Shown: positions 1 to 11,455 of the stretch, piece after piece
How positions within the stretch are numbered: position 1 is the stretch's first letter
Layout of the letters: the number at the start of each line of letters is the position of its first letter
Origin: Okamejei kenojei
Taxonomy: Eukaryota
Reading direction: 5' to 3'
Assembly (NCBI GenBank): GCA_035221665.1
Contig: CM069132.1
Span: 20,708,001-20,772,000, forward strand
DNA length: 64,000 nucleotides
Translations under genes and position numbers: made by a program
Notes under the pieces: generated by a model
The model's input: only the letters and a program-made list of their open reading frames with translations
What the model was told of the DNA's origin: nothing
Database searches by the model: none

Positions 1-75
1 TGCATGGGGATCGCTGGTTGGGGCAGATTCGATGGGCCGAATGGCTTGTTTCTGCTCTGTATCCCTAAACTAAAA
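1..75 (+). mobile_element. V-SINE (HE1-like) 3' end
   Basis: gggatcgctgg...gggccgaatggcttgtttctgctctgtatccctaaactaaa matches the 3' tail of the full SINE copies in the window. Confidence 0.8.
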
Positions 76-290
76 GAAAAGGGGGGGTTGGAGATGAAAT
101 CTTAATCTTTTATTCATCCTGTGAATGATAACATTTGCTCAATGTCATAGTGTCTTCTGAGACAGGAGGTTTGATATAAGCTTACCCCTCACTATCTCTT
201 GCGTATCCAAAAGGACCAAATCAAGTTGCTGCTGTGAGTCATGTACCTGGGTAGAAGAAGCCTAATCATGGCGGAAGCTTGCTCCAAACT

Positions 291-303
291 GCTGCTAGGC
301 AAC
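291..303. promoter_or_regulatory. Near-consensus RFX X-box in the last intron
   Basis: GCTGCTAGGCAAC (rc GTTGCCTAGCAGC), one mismatch from GTTGCCTAGCAAC, in non-repetitive sequence. Confidence 0.3.
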
Positions 304-555
304 AACATGCCTCCTTGCACGCTCTAATTTATTTATTCAGACGCGTGGTGAATTATAAATATCTAATTACAGACCAGCAGGAGGTTCTCTGGGGAGAGTT
401 CTGGGTTTGTTTTTTGATGGATCTAAACAAACCATGCATTCACATCACTGAATACAAATGAAGACTTAAAAGGGCCTGGAACTCATTTGTATCTGTGGAT
501 TGGAAGTCAGGTTTGAAATGACAATTATGGTGAGTCCTGTTAAAAAAAAAAAAAA

Positions 556-662
556 AACAGTGGTGCAGCAGTAGAATTGCTGTCTTACAGTGCCAGAGAC
601 CCGGGTTCAATCCTGACTGCCGCTGCTTTTGTACGGAGTTTGTACGTTCTCCCTGTACGTCC
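556..662 (+). mobile_element. V-SINE head fragment
   Basis: tRNA-like head gtggtgcagcagtag (A box) and gggttcaatcc (B box) plus start of the V domain (ggagtttgtacgttctcc). Confidence 0.75.
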
Positions 663-861
663 TCTCTAAAAACTTTCAAGTGTTTGAAATAAAATCACAT
701 ACAGCATAAGGGAAAATGAGTCATCCCTATAACTCAAATTAGTTGGGGTAAGCTTGAACACGTAGGAAATCAGCCCCAATTCCCACAGTCTGCAGTCGTT
801 ATTACAGTGATGCATCTTGCCATTGCCACCAGTCACTATTTATAGTCACCATTATAATACA

Positions 862-1205
862 CTGTGAATAGATCAGGTAAATGCACAGAGTCTTTTTGCC
901 CAGAGTAGGGGAATTGAGAATCAGAGGACATAGGTTTAAGGTGAGGGGGGAAAGATTTAACCCCAAGGGGTTACATTTTTACACAAAAGGTTGTGTGTGT
1001 ATGAAACGAGCTGGCGGGGGAGGTAGTTGAGGTAGGTACTATTATAACATTCAAGAAACATTTGGACGGGTACATGGATAAGATTTAGAAGGTTTAGAGG
1101 GTTATGGGCCAAGTAGGGCAGGTAGGACTAGTGCAGATGGGGCACGTTGGTCGGCATAGGCAAGTTGGGCCGAAGGGTCAGTTTCCACGCTGTATGACTC
1201 TATGA
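862..1205 (+). mobile_element. CR1 LINE 3' fragment (HER1-like lineage)
   Basis: Decayed ORF2 C-terminus (RGHRFKVRG, FTQ-VV) and tail gggccgaagggtcagtttcc..ctgtatgactctatga. Confidence 0.8.
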
Positions 1206-1223
1206 GTGGCCAGTCTGAATTAT

Positions 1224-1355
1224 AGAATCATAGAGTCATACAGCAGAGAAACAGGCCCTTCAGCCCAACCTGCCTAAGCTGACCAAGATGCCCCATCCAC
1301 ACTAGTCCCACCCTCCCACATTTAGCCCATATCCCTCTAAACCTTTCCTATGTAT
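1224..1355 (-). mobile_element. CR1 (HER1-like) 3' tail fragment
   Basis: Reverse complement of the same tail (tcatagagtcatacagc..aaacaggcccttcagccc). Confidence 0.75.
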
Positions 1356-1996
1356 GTACCAGACATCTGAGTTGGGTTTTTTTTTTCAGAATAAAGGCAT
1401 CACTAACAATGTTTGCCCTTCCTTAATTGCCTTTTGGAAGGATGTTATTAAACTGGAAAGTTTGCACAAAAAGGATATTACTGGGTCCGGATGGTTTGAG
1501 CTGAGGAGAGAACATGTAAAAACTGGAAGCATAACAAATGTCAACAGCATAGGTCTCAGTGGCTTTAATAAGTCTTTAATAGAAATTCAAAGAACACTTG
1601 TCAAAATGTTGGGAATACAGTATTGGACTGATAATCCAGAAACATGAGTTGGAATCCAAAAATGACTTTAAATCTAATCTACACAAAATAAAGTTTGGAA
1701 TTGAGAAGATTATAAAACTATTTGATTATCATAAAGAACACATCTGAGTTGCCCAAGTCTTTTAAAGACTGTTGTTGTCCATAATGGGTTTTTAAATAAA
1801 AGCAACGTATTTTTTTCCAGTCTATTGTCACGGTACAGTGAAAAGCTTTAATGTTGCGAGCTATCCAAATAGCAGAAAGACAATGCATGATTGCAATCGA
1901 GCTGTCCACATAAGTGGCCCTGAAATGGCATGGCAGGCTTTCTGGAGAGCGGAAGTGAATGCTGTTTGGCTGTATCATGCAATGGCATAGTGTCAT

Positions 1997-2600
1997 AAAG
2001 AGTCATAGAGTCTTACACCGTGGAAACAGGCCCTTCAGCCCAACTTGCCCACGCCAACCACCATGCCCCATCTACACTAGTTCCCAACTTCCTGCTTTTG
2101 GCCCGCATCCCTCTAAACCTGCCCTATCTGGGTACCTGTCCAAATGTTTCTTAAACGTTGCAAGAGCACATGCCTCAACTATCTCCTCCAGCAGCTTGTT
2201 CCATACACCCACCACCCATTGAGTAAAAAGTTACCCCTCAGGTTCCCATTAAATCTTTCCTCCTTCACCTTAAACCTATGTCCTCTGGTTCTAGATTCCC
2301 CTACTCTGGGCAAAAGACTCTGTGCACTTACCCAATTGACTTCACTCATTTTTTAATACACCTGTATAAGATCACCTCTCATCCTCCTGAGCTCCAAGGA
2401 ATAAAGTCCTAGCCTGCTCAACATCTCCCTGTAGGTTAGCCCCTCGAGTCCTGACAACATATCTGGTAAATCTTTTCTGCATCCATTCAAGTTTGTCAAC
2501 ATATGTGCTATAACATGCTGACCAAAAACTGAACACAATGCTCTAAATGTGGCCTCACCAATGTCTTATATAACTGTAGCTTGACCTCCCAACTTCTTTT
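1997..2600 (-). mobile_element. CR1 (HER1-like) 3' fragment
   Basis: ORF 2353-2538 reads GLEGLTYREMLSRLGLYSLELRRMRGDLIQVY, the CR1 ORF2 C-terminus; tail at the left end. Confidence 0.85.
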
Positions 2601-2635
2601 TTGCACGTATAAGATGAATAATGTATAAGGGAAAT

Positions 2636-2935
2636 GGTTTCCTAAATGCCACTCCTGTTTACTTTACTTTAGACTTTAGAGACACAGCGTGGAGATAGGC
2701 CCCTTTGGCCCACTGAGTCCACACCGACAGCGATCACCCTGTACACTAGCACTATTTACAATTTTAACCAAACCCATATTAACCTGTAAACTTTTACGTC
2801 TTCGGAGTGTGGGAGGAAACCGGAGCACCCGGGGAAAACCCACATGGTCACAGGGAGAACGTGCAAATTCCATACTGACAGCACCCAGAGTCTCTGGCAC
2901 TGTAACGCTGCACCTCTACCGCCGCGCTACTGTTG
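2636..2935 (-). mobile_element. V-SINE copy with extended tail
   Basis: V domain (gtgggaggaaaccggagcacccgg), shared CR1-type tail and (ctaaagt) repeats on the minus strand. Confidence 0.85.
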
Positions 2936-2960
2936 CATGTAAATAGGATAGAAATCTATT

Positions 2961-2988
2961 CTAACTGTGTTGGGTTTATTTTCTACAG
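2961..2988 (+). promoter_or_regulatory. 3' splice acceptor with branch point
   Basis: CTAAC at 2961-2965, then tttattttctacAG ending at 2988, directly before the in-frame coding exon. Confidence 0.85.
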
Positions 2989-3060
2989 GAGCAGTTTGAG
3001 TTTGCGCTGACGTCGGTAGCTGAAGAGGTGAACGCTATCCTGAAGGCCCTTCCGCAGTGA
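2989..3060 (+). CDS. PTPRN2: Last coding exon of receptor-type tyrosine phosphatase-like N2 (phogrin / IA-2beta)
   Basis: Phase-0 exon translates [26 protein letters not shown], matching the conserved IA-2 family C-terminus. From memory PTPRN2 has EQFEF and PTPRN has DQFEF, so the paralog call rests on one residue. Confidence 0.85.
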   Translation, partial: EQFEFALTSVAEEVNAILKALPQ

Positions 3061-3349
3061 GAAGCCACCAGAGATCGCTCCTGGTTCCAACACCTTAATC
3101 CTGCTGGTCTCCATGACTGTTGTAGAAACGTGCTCTGATCTTAGCTGTGTAACTTTTTACGTTAACAACTTTAGAAAGTGTGTCCCTTCAACATCTGTAT
3201 TTGATGCAATTCTTAGCTCAAAGAAATAATCTCTGAACGGTTTCAAAGTAGGAGGAACTAAGTGTTTGTATATATGCTTTTTTGGGACAGGACAGAATTA
3301 GAAATAATAGCCCTCAAAGGAGATAATCTAGAATCACACTGATTTTAGT

Positions 3350-3450
3350 CATAGAACATAAGACAGTACAACACAGGAACAGACCCTTCGGCCCACGATA
3401 TCTTTGCTGAACATGATGCCAAATTGACTTTAATCCCTGCTGCCTACACA
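3350..3450 (-). mobile_element. CR1 3' tail fragment (third lineage)
   Basis: atagaacata..agtacaacacaggaacagacccttcggccc; same tail type at ~11230 and ~34655. Confidence 0.6.
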
Positions 3451-3711
3451 TTATCTACACTCATCCAGTCAATAGCAAATTTGAAGTATTTTGCAAAAGG
3501 AACCTTTTAATTTTTATTAATTTCAGTATTAGACCAAACTACGGCGAGGCTTCTCAGTATTATTTTCACAGTGTATTAAATCAGTTGATGAATCTGATTG
3601 GTATTTCATAATACTCATGTGATTCCACCTCTGCAAGAAGTAACCTCACCATTGTGCCACAGTATCTGACCTCACACAAAAGGAGTGCAACTCTCAGCTG
3701 TGCTCCTGTCT

Positions 3712-4275
3712 AGTAGACAATAGACTAGACAATAGGTGCAGGAAAAGGCCATTTGGCACTTCAGGCCAGCACCACCATTCAATGTGATCATGGCTGATCA
3801 TCCATAATCAGTACCACGTTCCTGCCTTCTCTCCATATCCCTTAACTCCGCTATCCCTAAGATCTCTATCTAACTCTCTCGTGAAAGCATCCAGAGAACC
3901 AGCCTCCACCGCCCTCTGAGGTTGAGAATTCCACACGCTCACAACTCTCTGTGTGAAAACGTTTTTCCTCATCTCCGTTCTAAATGGCTTACCACTGATT
4001 CTTAAACTATGACCCCTGGTTCTGGACTCCCCCAACATTGGGAACATGTTTCCTGACTCTAGCCTGTCCAAACCCTTAATAATCTTTTATGTTTCAATAA
4101 GATCCCCTCTCATTCTTCTAAATTCCAGAGTATACAAGCCCAGCCGCTCCATTCTATCAACATATGACAGTCCCGCCATCTAGGGAATTAACCTTGTGAA
4201 CCTACGCTGCACTCCCTCAATAGCAAGAATGTCTTTCCTCAAGTTTGGAGACCACAACTGCACACAATACTCACA
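3712..4275 (-). mobile_element. CR1 LINE 3' fragment
   Basis: ORF 3808-4071 SRTRGHSLRI..FTQRVVSVWN..GYGEKAGTWY, homologous to the large CR1 copies. Confidence 0.9.
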
Positions 4276-4366
4276 CAACTCCACTGTTGGATAACTATGC
4301 TTATCTATTCTGGGAGTTGACCACTGGAAATTATTTCAAATGCAGCTCTGACACACAAAATATGAT

Positions 4367-4502
4367 GTGTAGGAAGGAACTGCAGATATTGGTTTAAACC
4401 AAAGATAGACACAAAAAGGTGGAGCAACTCAGCGGGTCAGACCTGAAGAAGGGTCTCGACCCAAAACATTACCTATTCCTTTTCTCCTGAGATGTTGCCT
4501 TA
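4367..4502. mobile_element. Miniature Penelope-derived element with decayed hammerhead
   Basis: pLTR-type sequence, ctgaagaagggtctcgacccaaaacatt at 4443; flanked by acacacaaaatat(g/a)at at 4351-4366 and 4503-4518. Confidence 0.75.
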
Positions 4503-4649
4503 ACACACAAAATATAATCTTTGGAATACATTTTGAAAGGATACTTTTTAGCAAGGAAGTTGACAACAGAGTTGGATAATTTAAGGAGATATCCTACAAT
4601 CGGTTATATGTGGATTTTCTCCTTTCCTTAGAGAGATACTTTGCCAAAC

Positions 4650-4846
4650 GAAAGGACACAAAGCGCTGGAGTAACTCAGCAGGTCAGGAGTATCTCCAGA
4701 GAACATGGATAGGGGACGCTTCGGGTCGAGACGTCACCCATCACTGATCCATGTTCTCCAGGGATGCTACCAAACCTGCTGAGTTACTCCAGCGCTTTGT
4801 GCCCTTTGTGCATTAACCAGCATCTGCAGTTCTTTGTTTCTACACC
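4650..4846. mobile_element. Fold-back miniature Penelope-derived element
   Basis: Arms acaaagcgctggagtaactcagcagg / cctgctgagttactccagcgctttgt; flanking ttgccaaac at 4641-4649 and 4847-4855. Confidence 0.75.
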
Positions 4847-4989
4847 TTGCCAAACAACCTGCCATTATCAAGCTGACCACCTGATTCACCTCCTGGGGAG
4901 GTTTCTGGTCTTTAGCCCTAGCACCTTCCAAGACTCCCCCATGCCCAAGATTATAGATTCACTCTGTAGTGATTCCGTGCCGTTGTAGT

Positions 4990-5380
4990 TCATAAATTCA
5001 TAAGTGATAGCAAAGTTAGGCCATTCGGCCCATCAAGCCTACTCCGCCATTCAATCATGGCTGATCTCTCACTCCTTCCTCACCCCATTCTCCTCTCTTC
5101 TCCCCATAAATCCTGACACCCCTATTAATCAAGATTCTATCTATCTCCGCCTTAAAAATATACATTGACTTGGCGTCCAAAACCTTCTGTGGCAAAGAAT
5201 TCCACAGATTCACCACCCTCTGTCTGAAGAAATCCTCATTATCGCCTCCCTAAAGGAACGTCCTTTAATGCTGAGGCAGACCTCTGGCATAGACTTTCTC
5301 AGCAGCGGAAACATCCTCTCCACATCTATTCGATCCAGCCCTTTCAATATTCGATAAGTTTCAACTAGTCCCCCTCACCC
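4990..5380 (-). mobile_element. CR1 LINE 3' fragment
   Basis: ggccattcggcccatc..ccattcaatcatggctgatc and gaattccacagattcaccaccctctg (rc of QRVVNLWNS). Confidence 0.8.
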
Positions 5381-6118
5381 TGTATTGTATCCATGCTCCC
5401 AATCCTTTATGTTGGAATCTCTCTGCTCCTCCTGTGAATTTTTCAATGTCTGATTTAGGCAGACAAACTACAGTCACGGCTGGTCACATAAGCAAATAAT
5501 ATTAATTCAAATATGATTTTGGACTTATAGCAAGCCAAAGGCAAGCAGTGAGTGAATTTGTGGCATTTCCTTGGTTTTGAATTCTTTCATCCTTTGCTTA
5601 TGTAATGTTTGATTCCTCTGTTCTCAGAAATATCTGCGTAGGATATATTCATTGGGATTGGGAGAGTGAAATTGCTCATTTCAGCCTAGGATAATAAATA
5701 AGGCTGAGAACTGCGCACGGCATGAGTCCAGTGATTCATCCCTTATCCAGTGTCAAACAGAGCTACAGCACTTTATCTCCTTTGCTGCTGTGTTAATGGC
5801 AGAATAGAGGGGACAATATAATAATGGTACTTTTCGAACTCCGAATAAATCCCTGACATTTCGCAAACAAATGAACAGGGTCAGCGGAGTGAGGGGGGTG
5901 GTTAAGACTGTGGGAAAGCGTAGCTTTCTTTCAATCTGGCCTTCGGAGGCGCAGTGAAAAAGTGAGTGTGCTTGTCTCAGCTTAATGTCAATGGAACCTC
6001 AGGATCCCTGCAGTCTTTGCTCAACTAATAGTCTTCAAGTCGTCTTTGGTTGCAATAAGTGTGAAATATCTCTCTTGTGTGGCTCGCATCTTCATTAGTA
6101 GAAGTATTTGTTACAGCA

Positions 6119-6390
6119 GGGAGGCACAGTGGCGCAGGGGTAGTGTTGCTACCTCACACTACCAGAGGCCCGGGTTTGGTCCTGACTACAGGTCCTGTCT
6201 GTGTGGAGTCTTCTCTGGGTGCTCCGGTTTCCGCCCACAATCCAAAGATGTGCATGTTTGTAGGTTGATTGGCTTCTGTAAATTGTCCCTAGTGCATCGG
6301 ATAGAACTTGTGTACGGGTGATCTTTGGTCAGCATGGTCTCGGTGGGCCAAAGACCCTGCTTCCTCACTGTATCCCGAAACTAAACTAAA
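6119..6390 (+). mobile_element. V-SINE
   Basis: tRNA-like head, V domain tgctccggtttcc.cccaca, tail aaactaaactaaa. Confidence 0.85.
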
Positions 6391-6639
6391 CACTACTCCT
6401 GATACAAGCTGTGAGTTTGAATCCAACATAGATTCATGAGTGAGTCTTATGCTCACTCATGAGTCTTAAGGCCAGAGCCACTTAGTCCTGATGGTCAGAA
6501 GTGCATCGCAAAGAAGTGATCATGGTAGGACATGTGCTGGGAGCAACACAGCAATCAAAGAGATCAAGGGTATTAAGGTGAAGGTGCGAGATATTAAATC
6601 TGCAGAATTTTAGAGAGTTCCCACGCCTGTGTTATAGCC

Positions 6640-6855
6640 GAAACACAAAATGATTGATGTCCGCGGGTCAGGCAGCTGCTGTGGAGTGAATGGAGAGACA
6701 ACATTATGGGTCGCGACTCTTCCTCAGACCGAAGAAGGGTCCCGACCCAAAACATTGTCTGTTCATTCCCTTCACAGATGCTGCCTGACTGCTGAGATCT
6801 TCCAGTACTTTGTGTTTTGCTCAAGATTCCAGCATCTGCAGTTCCCTGTGTTTCC
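6640..6855. mobile_element. Old fold-back Penelope-derived element
   Basis: Inverted arms around gaagaagggtcccgacccaaaacattg; ends in ccagcatctgcagttcc. Confidence 0.7.
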
Positions 6856-7592
6856 ATGCATTCCATGCATTCCAGCTGGTGTCGAGTGAACGCCTGCAGA
6901 CACACCCAAAACATCACTTCGTACATTTTTTAAGGAGTGTTTTGGGCTCATTCCTACCCTACCCCACCGCTCTGCCACACCTCAACCTTTGCACTTGCCC
7001 CTGAGTATGGCACATCGCACTGGTGTAGCACTGAAAGCACAGTTTTGAGGTTAGAGTCCATGTACACTGACAGAATAAACAGAGCGAGCAATCTCTTTGC
7101 ATCCGCTTTATTCCAATGTGAACCAAGGCGGCTTATTGTGGAGGCACCATGACAGGCCTTTAATCTTCAGCAGTGTATGGAGATGCTGGCACATAGTGCC
7201 GAATAAAACAAAGCAAAATTCAACCCAAATGCATATAATTCATGCCACCCAGGCTCTGTCCCGTCCCACTCAAGATGACATGACCTCAACCCATCCATTT
7301 GAGGAGTTTTCCACTTCAGATCGAGTTTCAATTGTGGACATGTGGTTAGAAATACTAAGTGTTTTACTTTATTCAATTCTGAGATCTACTACAGTCTGTT
7401 GCAGATTTGATGTTGAAACAGAATATATAGTCTTTGTCTGTAAATAGTCCTAGTTATATAAGACATTGCATATACAAATCTATTTTAATTCTTTTGGCTT
7501 CATGAAGACAGCATTTCCTTCAGACTCACTTGTTGGTTCATTTTATGTTGAATAGCCTAATGCTCGCTTCTTATTGATCTTTCCTTTTATTC

Positions 7593-7598
7593 AATAAA
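7593..7598 (+). terminator. Candidate distal polyadenylation signal of the gene
   Basis: AATAAA at the end of a T-rich unique block, with an upstream TGTAAATA (~7439) and T-rich downstream sequence; several other hexamers exist upstream. Confidence 0.3.
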
Positions 7599-7747
7599 TG
7601 ACCTGCTTTATTTCATAAATTAGAATCAATTTTATTTGCTCGATAGAGTCCGAATTCGCGGTGAGTATCAGCTATCGACAATTAGCCATGGGTGCAGCTG
7701 GGTCATTTTCAGTGCTTTCCCGTTCCGCATGCTGTTGTTCAACCAGC

Positions 7748-8225
7748 TTAGAGTCATTGAGTCATAGAGTTATAGAGCATGGAAACAGGCCCTTCAACCC
7801 AACTTGCCCACACCGACCAACTTGTCCCATCTACACTAGTCCCTCTTGCCTGTGTTTGGCCAATATCCCTCTAAACCAATCCTATCCATGTACCTGTCTA
7901 AATGTTTCTTAAACATTGCAATAGTGCGTGCCTCAACTACCTCCTCTGGCAGCTGGCTCCATATAACCCACCACCCTTTGTGTGAAAAAGTTACCCCTCA
8001 GATTCCTTTTAAATCTTTCCCTCCATCTAAACCTATGTTCTCTGGTTCTCAGTTCCCCTACTCTGGGCAAGAGACTGAGCGTCCACCCGATCGATTCCTC
8101 TCATAATATTATACACATCTATTAGATCACCTTTCATCTTCCTGCGCTCCAAGGAATAGAATCCCAGCCTGCACAACCTCTCCCTGTAGTTCAGACCCTC
8201 GAGTCCTGGCAGCATTCTCGTAAAA
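7748..8225 (-). mobile_element. CR1 (HER1-like) 3' fragment
   Basis: ORF 8033-8293 FTRMLPGLEGLNYRERLCRLGFYSLERRKMKGDLIDVY plus tail. Confidence 0.85.
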
Positions 8226-8629
8226 AGATAAGACTTGTTATTTTTCCTAAGAATTAGTAATGCATCATGGCCAGGCATCCATGAGCATTTCAATTAAATT
8301 TTGAGTGTATTCTTCATTCACACTGGGATGAAAACGAAGCAGTAATTATTTTCTGCTGTTGACCTTTGATGACTTTATCAGATCATCCATTCATTATACA
8401 TAATCCCATTTCCAATGGGACCAAATATTAGACACAAAATTTTTTAATGATAAACGCCGAACTGAACCAAAGAAGGATGTTAAATATTTGATATTATTTT
8501 CTAAATAAAAGTAATTCAATTATTTCCTGAATATTTTCAGCAAATTCTACAATAGCAGTAAGTACACAGATATAATCATCAATTTTGCACAGTTTTGATC
8601 ATCGGATAGGATTTCCACAATTTTTTAAC

Positions 8630-8940
8630 GGTGACACAATGTAGAGTTGCTGCCTACAGCGCCGGAGATCGGATTCAATCCTGACCACGTGTGCCGTCTG
8701 TACGGAGTTTGTACATTCTCCTTGTGACTGCATGGTTTTTTTCCGGGTCCTCCGGTTTCCTCCCACATTCCAAAGACCTGCAGGTTTGTAGGTAAATCGG
8801 CTTCTGCGTATTGCCCCTATTGTATAGGATGCAAAAGTGGGAAAACATAAAACTGGAGTACAGATGATTGTTGGTCGACGTGGACCCGGTGGGCCAGGCA
8901 GCCTGTTTCCATGCTGTATCTTTAAACTAAACTAAACTAA
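8630..8940 (+). mobile_element. V-SINE
   Basis: Head, V domain and (ctaaa)n tail. Confidence 0.85.
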
Positions 8941-9460
8941 TTCAATTATTTCATGAGTATATTCAGCAAATTCTGCTAGTGCTTCAAAAGAAAGAACATA
9001 AATACACCTTCAGTTTGGCACGGTTTAGAACATCAGATTGGATTTTCATAATTTTTTATCATTTTCATGGGGTGGACAGTTTGAGACCTGGCAATATTTC
9101 AACAATATTACCTACTGGCCTCTGTTCAGGGAAACCTAACATCACCCTGGAACACCTTTATGATCATCGTGATGTCTGGATCTACCCAGTAATGCTGGGT
9201 CATTCTGCAGCTGCTGCTTCACCTACTTCGTTTTAATTTAGAATTATTTACTTGTACATATAACAATAAAATATACAAAATATTTTGTTCTACCTCTTAA
9301 AAAAAACTTACCTTGAATGAAGAATTGTTTGTGAAGTGGTGGAAACAAGAACGGAGACTGGCACCACTTCAACTTTTGCTGCAGGGGAATTTTACTTGCA
9401 AAAAATGTTACTTAATCAGCCGAAGGGTCAACTTGAAATCGCTTGAGGGGAAATTTATCA

Positions 9461-9880
9461 GTTTAGTTTAGTTTATTATTGTCACATGTACCAAGTTATA
9501 GTGAAAAGAGTTTTTGTTGCATGCTCTTCAGTCAGCGAAAAGACATCTATGATTACAATCCAGCCATCCACCATGTACAGAAGCAGGATAAATTGTATAA
9601 TGTGTAGGAAGGAACAGCAGATGCTGGTTTACACCAAAGACAGACACAATATGCTGGAGTAACTCAGCGGGACAGGCAGCATCTCTGGAGTGAAGGAATG
9701 GGTGACGTTTCGGGTCGAGACCCTTCTTCAGACTTAATGCAAGAATGTTAAGTGCAAAATGATCTTGGCTGCGTCCACAACTCTCTCCAATTTCTTGCCG
9801 TCTTGGACGGAGCTGTTCCCAAACCATGCTGTGATGCATCCTGATAAAATGCTTTCTGTGGTGCAACTGTGGAAGTATCC
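9461..9880 (-). mobile_element. Rex-Babar 3' remnants interrupted by a Penelope-derived element (9602-9734)
   Basis: ESILSGCITAWFGNSSVQDGKKLERVVDAA in ORF 9734-9922; Rex-type end tttattattgtcacatgtacc. Confidence 0.7.
9701..9734 (-). ncRNA. Minimal hammerhead ribozyme motif, intact core
   Basis: rc = agtCTGAAGAaGGGTctcgACCCGAAACGTCacc: CUGANGA, stem II, GAAA, GUC. Confidence 0.65.
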
Positions 9881-10904
9881 AGTGGATATAAACATAGAAA
9901 AGCCTGGCTTGATGACAGGCAAGGATTAGAAAGGGCAGTCCTTGCTTAACTAACCAGCTGGAGGGTTTTCAACATTATACTAATCTCATTGAGGGTGCTA
10001 TTGACATACATTGTCGGAAAGCATTTTAATACAATTCTGAGTCAAGGTAGTGCCCAGAACCATAACTTGCTTTAATAGATTGTCTTTAATGTAATTGTAC
10101 ATTATGCGAAGTATCAACAAATGAAAATTGACACTAAACTAAATAACAGATAACTGAGCCTTTAGTAGCTTTCCAAAGACTGGGCAGAATTCCTTAGCCA
10201 GGTAACTAAGGGGTGATATAAGTGGGGGAGGATGCACAAAATTGTGTTGAATGTAAAAAGCTGTGGATTTGATGAATTAGGCAGTGTGTATCAGTAGACA
10301 ACTAGATAAAAGACAATGACTGTTGTGTTGCTATATACAGTATTGCAAAACCATAAGCAGGATAGAATTGGTCTTGAGAGGTTAAATCATTAAAGATGAC
10401 AGCAGAACTTCGAGAACCACTATTATAGAGGAAAGTAAAATCAACTTTGTTCTCCCTGAAAGAACGTTGTCATGTCTAGCAGAGGCTGTCAGAACTTTGA
10501 AAGGAATTGATTAGCTGAGCTCAAGCAATGACTACAAAGGTAACAAAAGCTTTGAAAATTAGCAGTAAATAAAAGAAGACAGGGGAAGTCGCACACACAT
10601 TCAATAAGTTACAGGCAATTGAAGCAAATAATATAAATTGAGAGATTAAATGAAAGTCACTTTCATAAAGATAGAAATGTGGGGATTAACTCCCTGTGGG
10701 AGAGATGGGACGAGTCAAGGTTTTCAAAACAAAATTGAATAGTCACTTGAAGGCAGGGAATTGAGGAAAAGAATGAGAGAATTGAACTGAACCTCCTCCT
10801 GGACCTGATGAGCTGGGGTCCTTCTTTACTAGGAGGAATCATAGCTCAATCTTCCACAAATGGTTTGTCTCTGCCTTTCCTTATACATTGTACATTTCCT
10901 TGGA

Positions 10905-11207
10905 AGGCACAGCGCAGTGGTAGAGTTGTTGCCTTACGGCACCAAAAATCCAGGCTCGATCCTGACTACAGGTGCTCCCTATATGGAGTTTGTACGTTCT
11001 CCCGGTGAGCTGCGTGGGTTTTCTCCGGGAGCTCTGGTTTCCTCCCACACTCCAAAGACGTACAGGCTTGTAGGCTAATTGGCTTTGAATAAATGTAAAC
11101 AGTCCCCAGTGTGTGTAGGATAGCGTTAGTGTGCGTGGATCGATGGTCGGCACAGACTCAGTGGGCCGAAGGGCCTGTTTCCGTGCTGTATCTCTAAACT
11201 AAACTAA
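10905..11207 (+). mobile_element. V-SINE, near full length
   Basis: Head, V domain, gtgggccgaagggcctgtttccgtgctgtatctctaaactaaactaaa tail. Confidence 0.9.
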
Positions 11208-11455
11208 AAAAAATCAACAAACTGCTAATATAGAACATAGAACAGTACAGCACAGGAACAACCACTTCAACCCACAATGTGTACACCAAATATGACGGCG
11301 AGTTAAACTAATCTCCTTTGCCTGTATCTGATGCAAATCCCTCCCTTCCATGTATATCTATGTGCCTATCCGATAATTTCTTAAATGCCACTATCGTATC
11401 TGCCTTCCTGGCTCAAGGCACTCACGCACATCTCCTTAAACTTTGTCCCTCTCAA

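Noticed and set aside
1-2988. miR-153, known from PTPRN/PTPRN2 introns
   Set aside because: I did not find the mature sequence TTGCATAGTCACAAAAGTGA in this part of the intron
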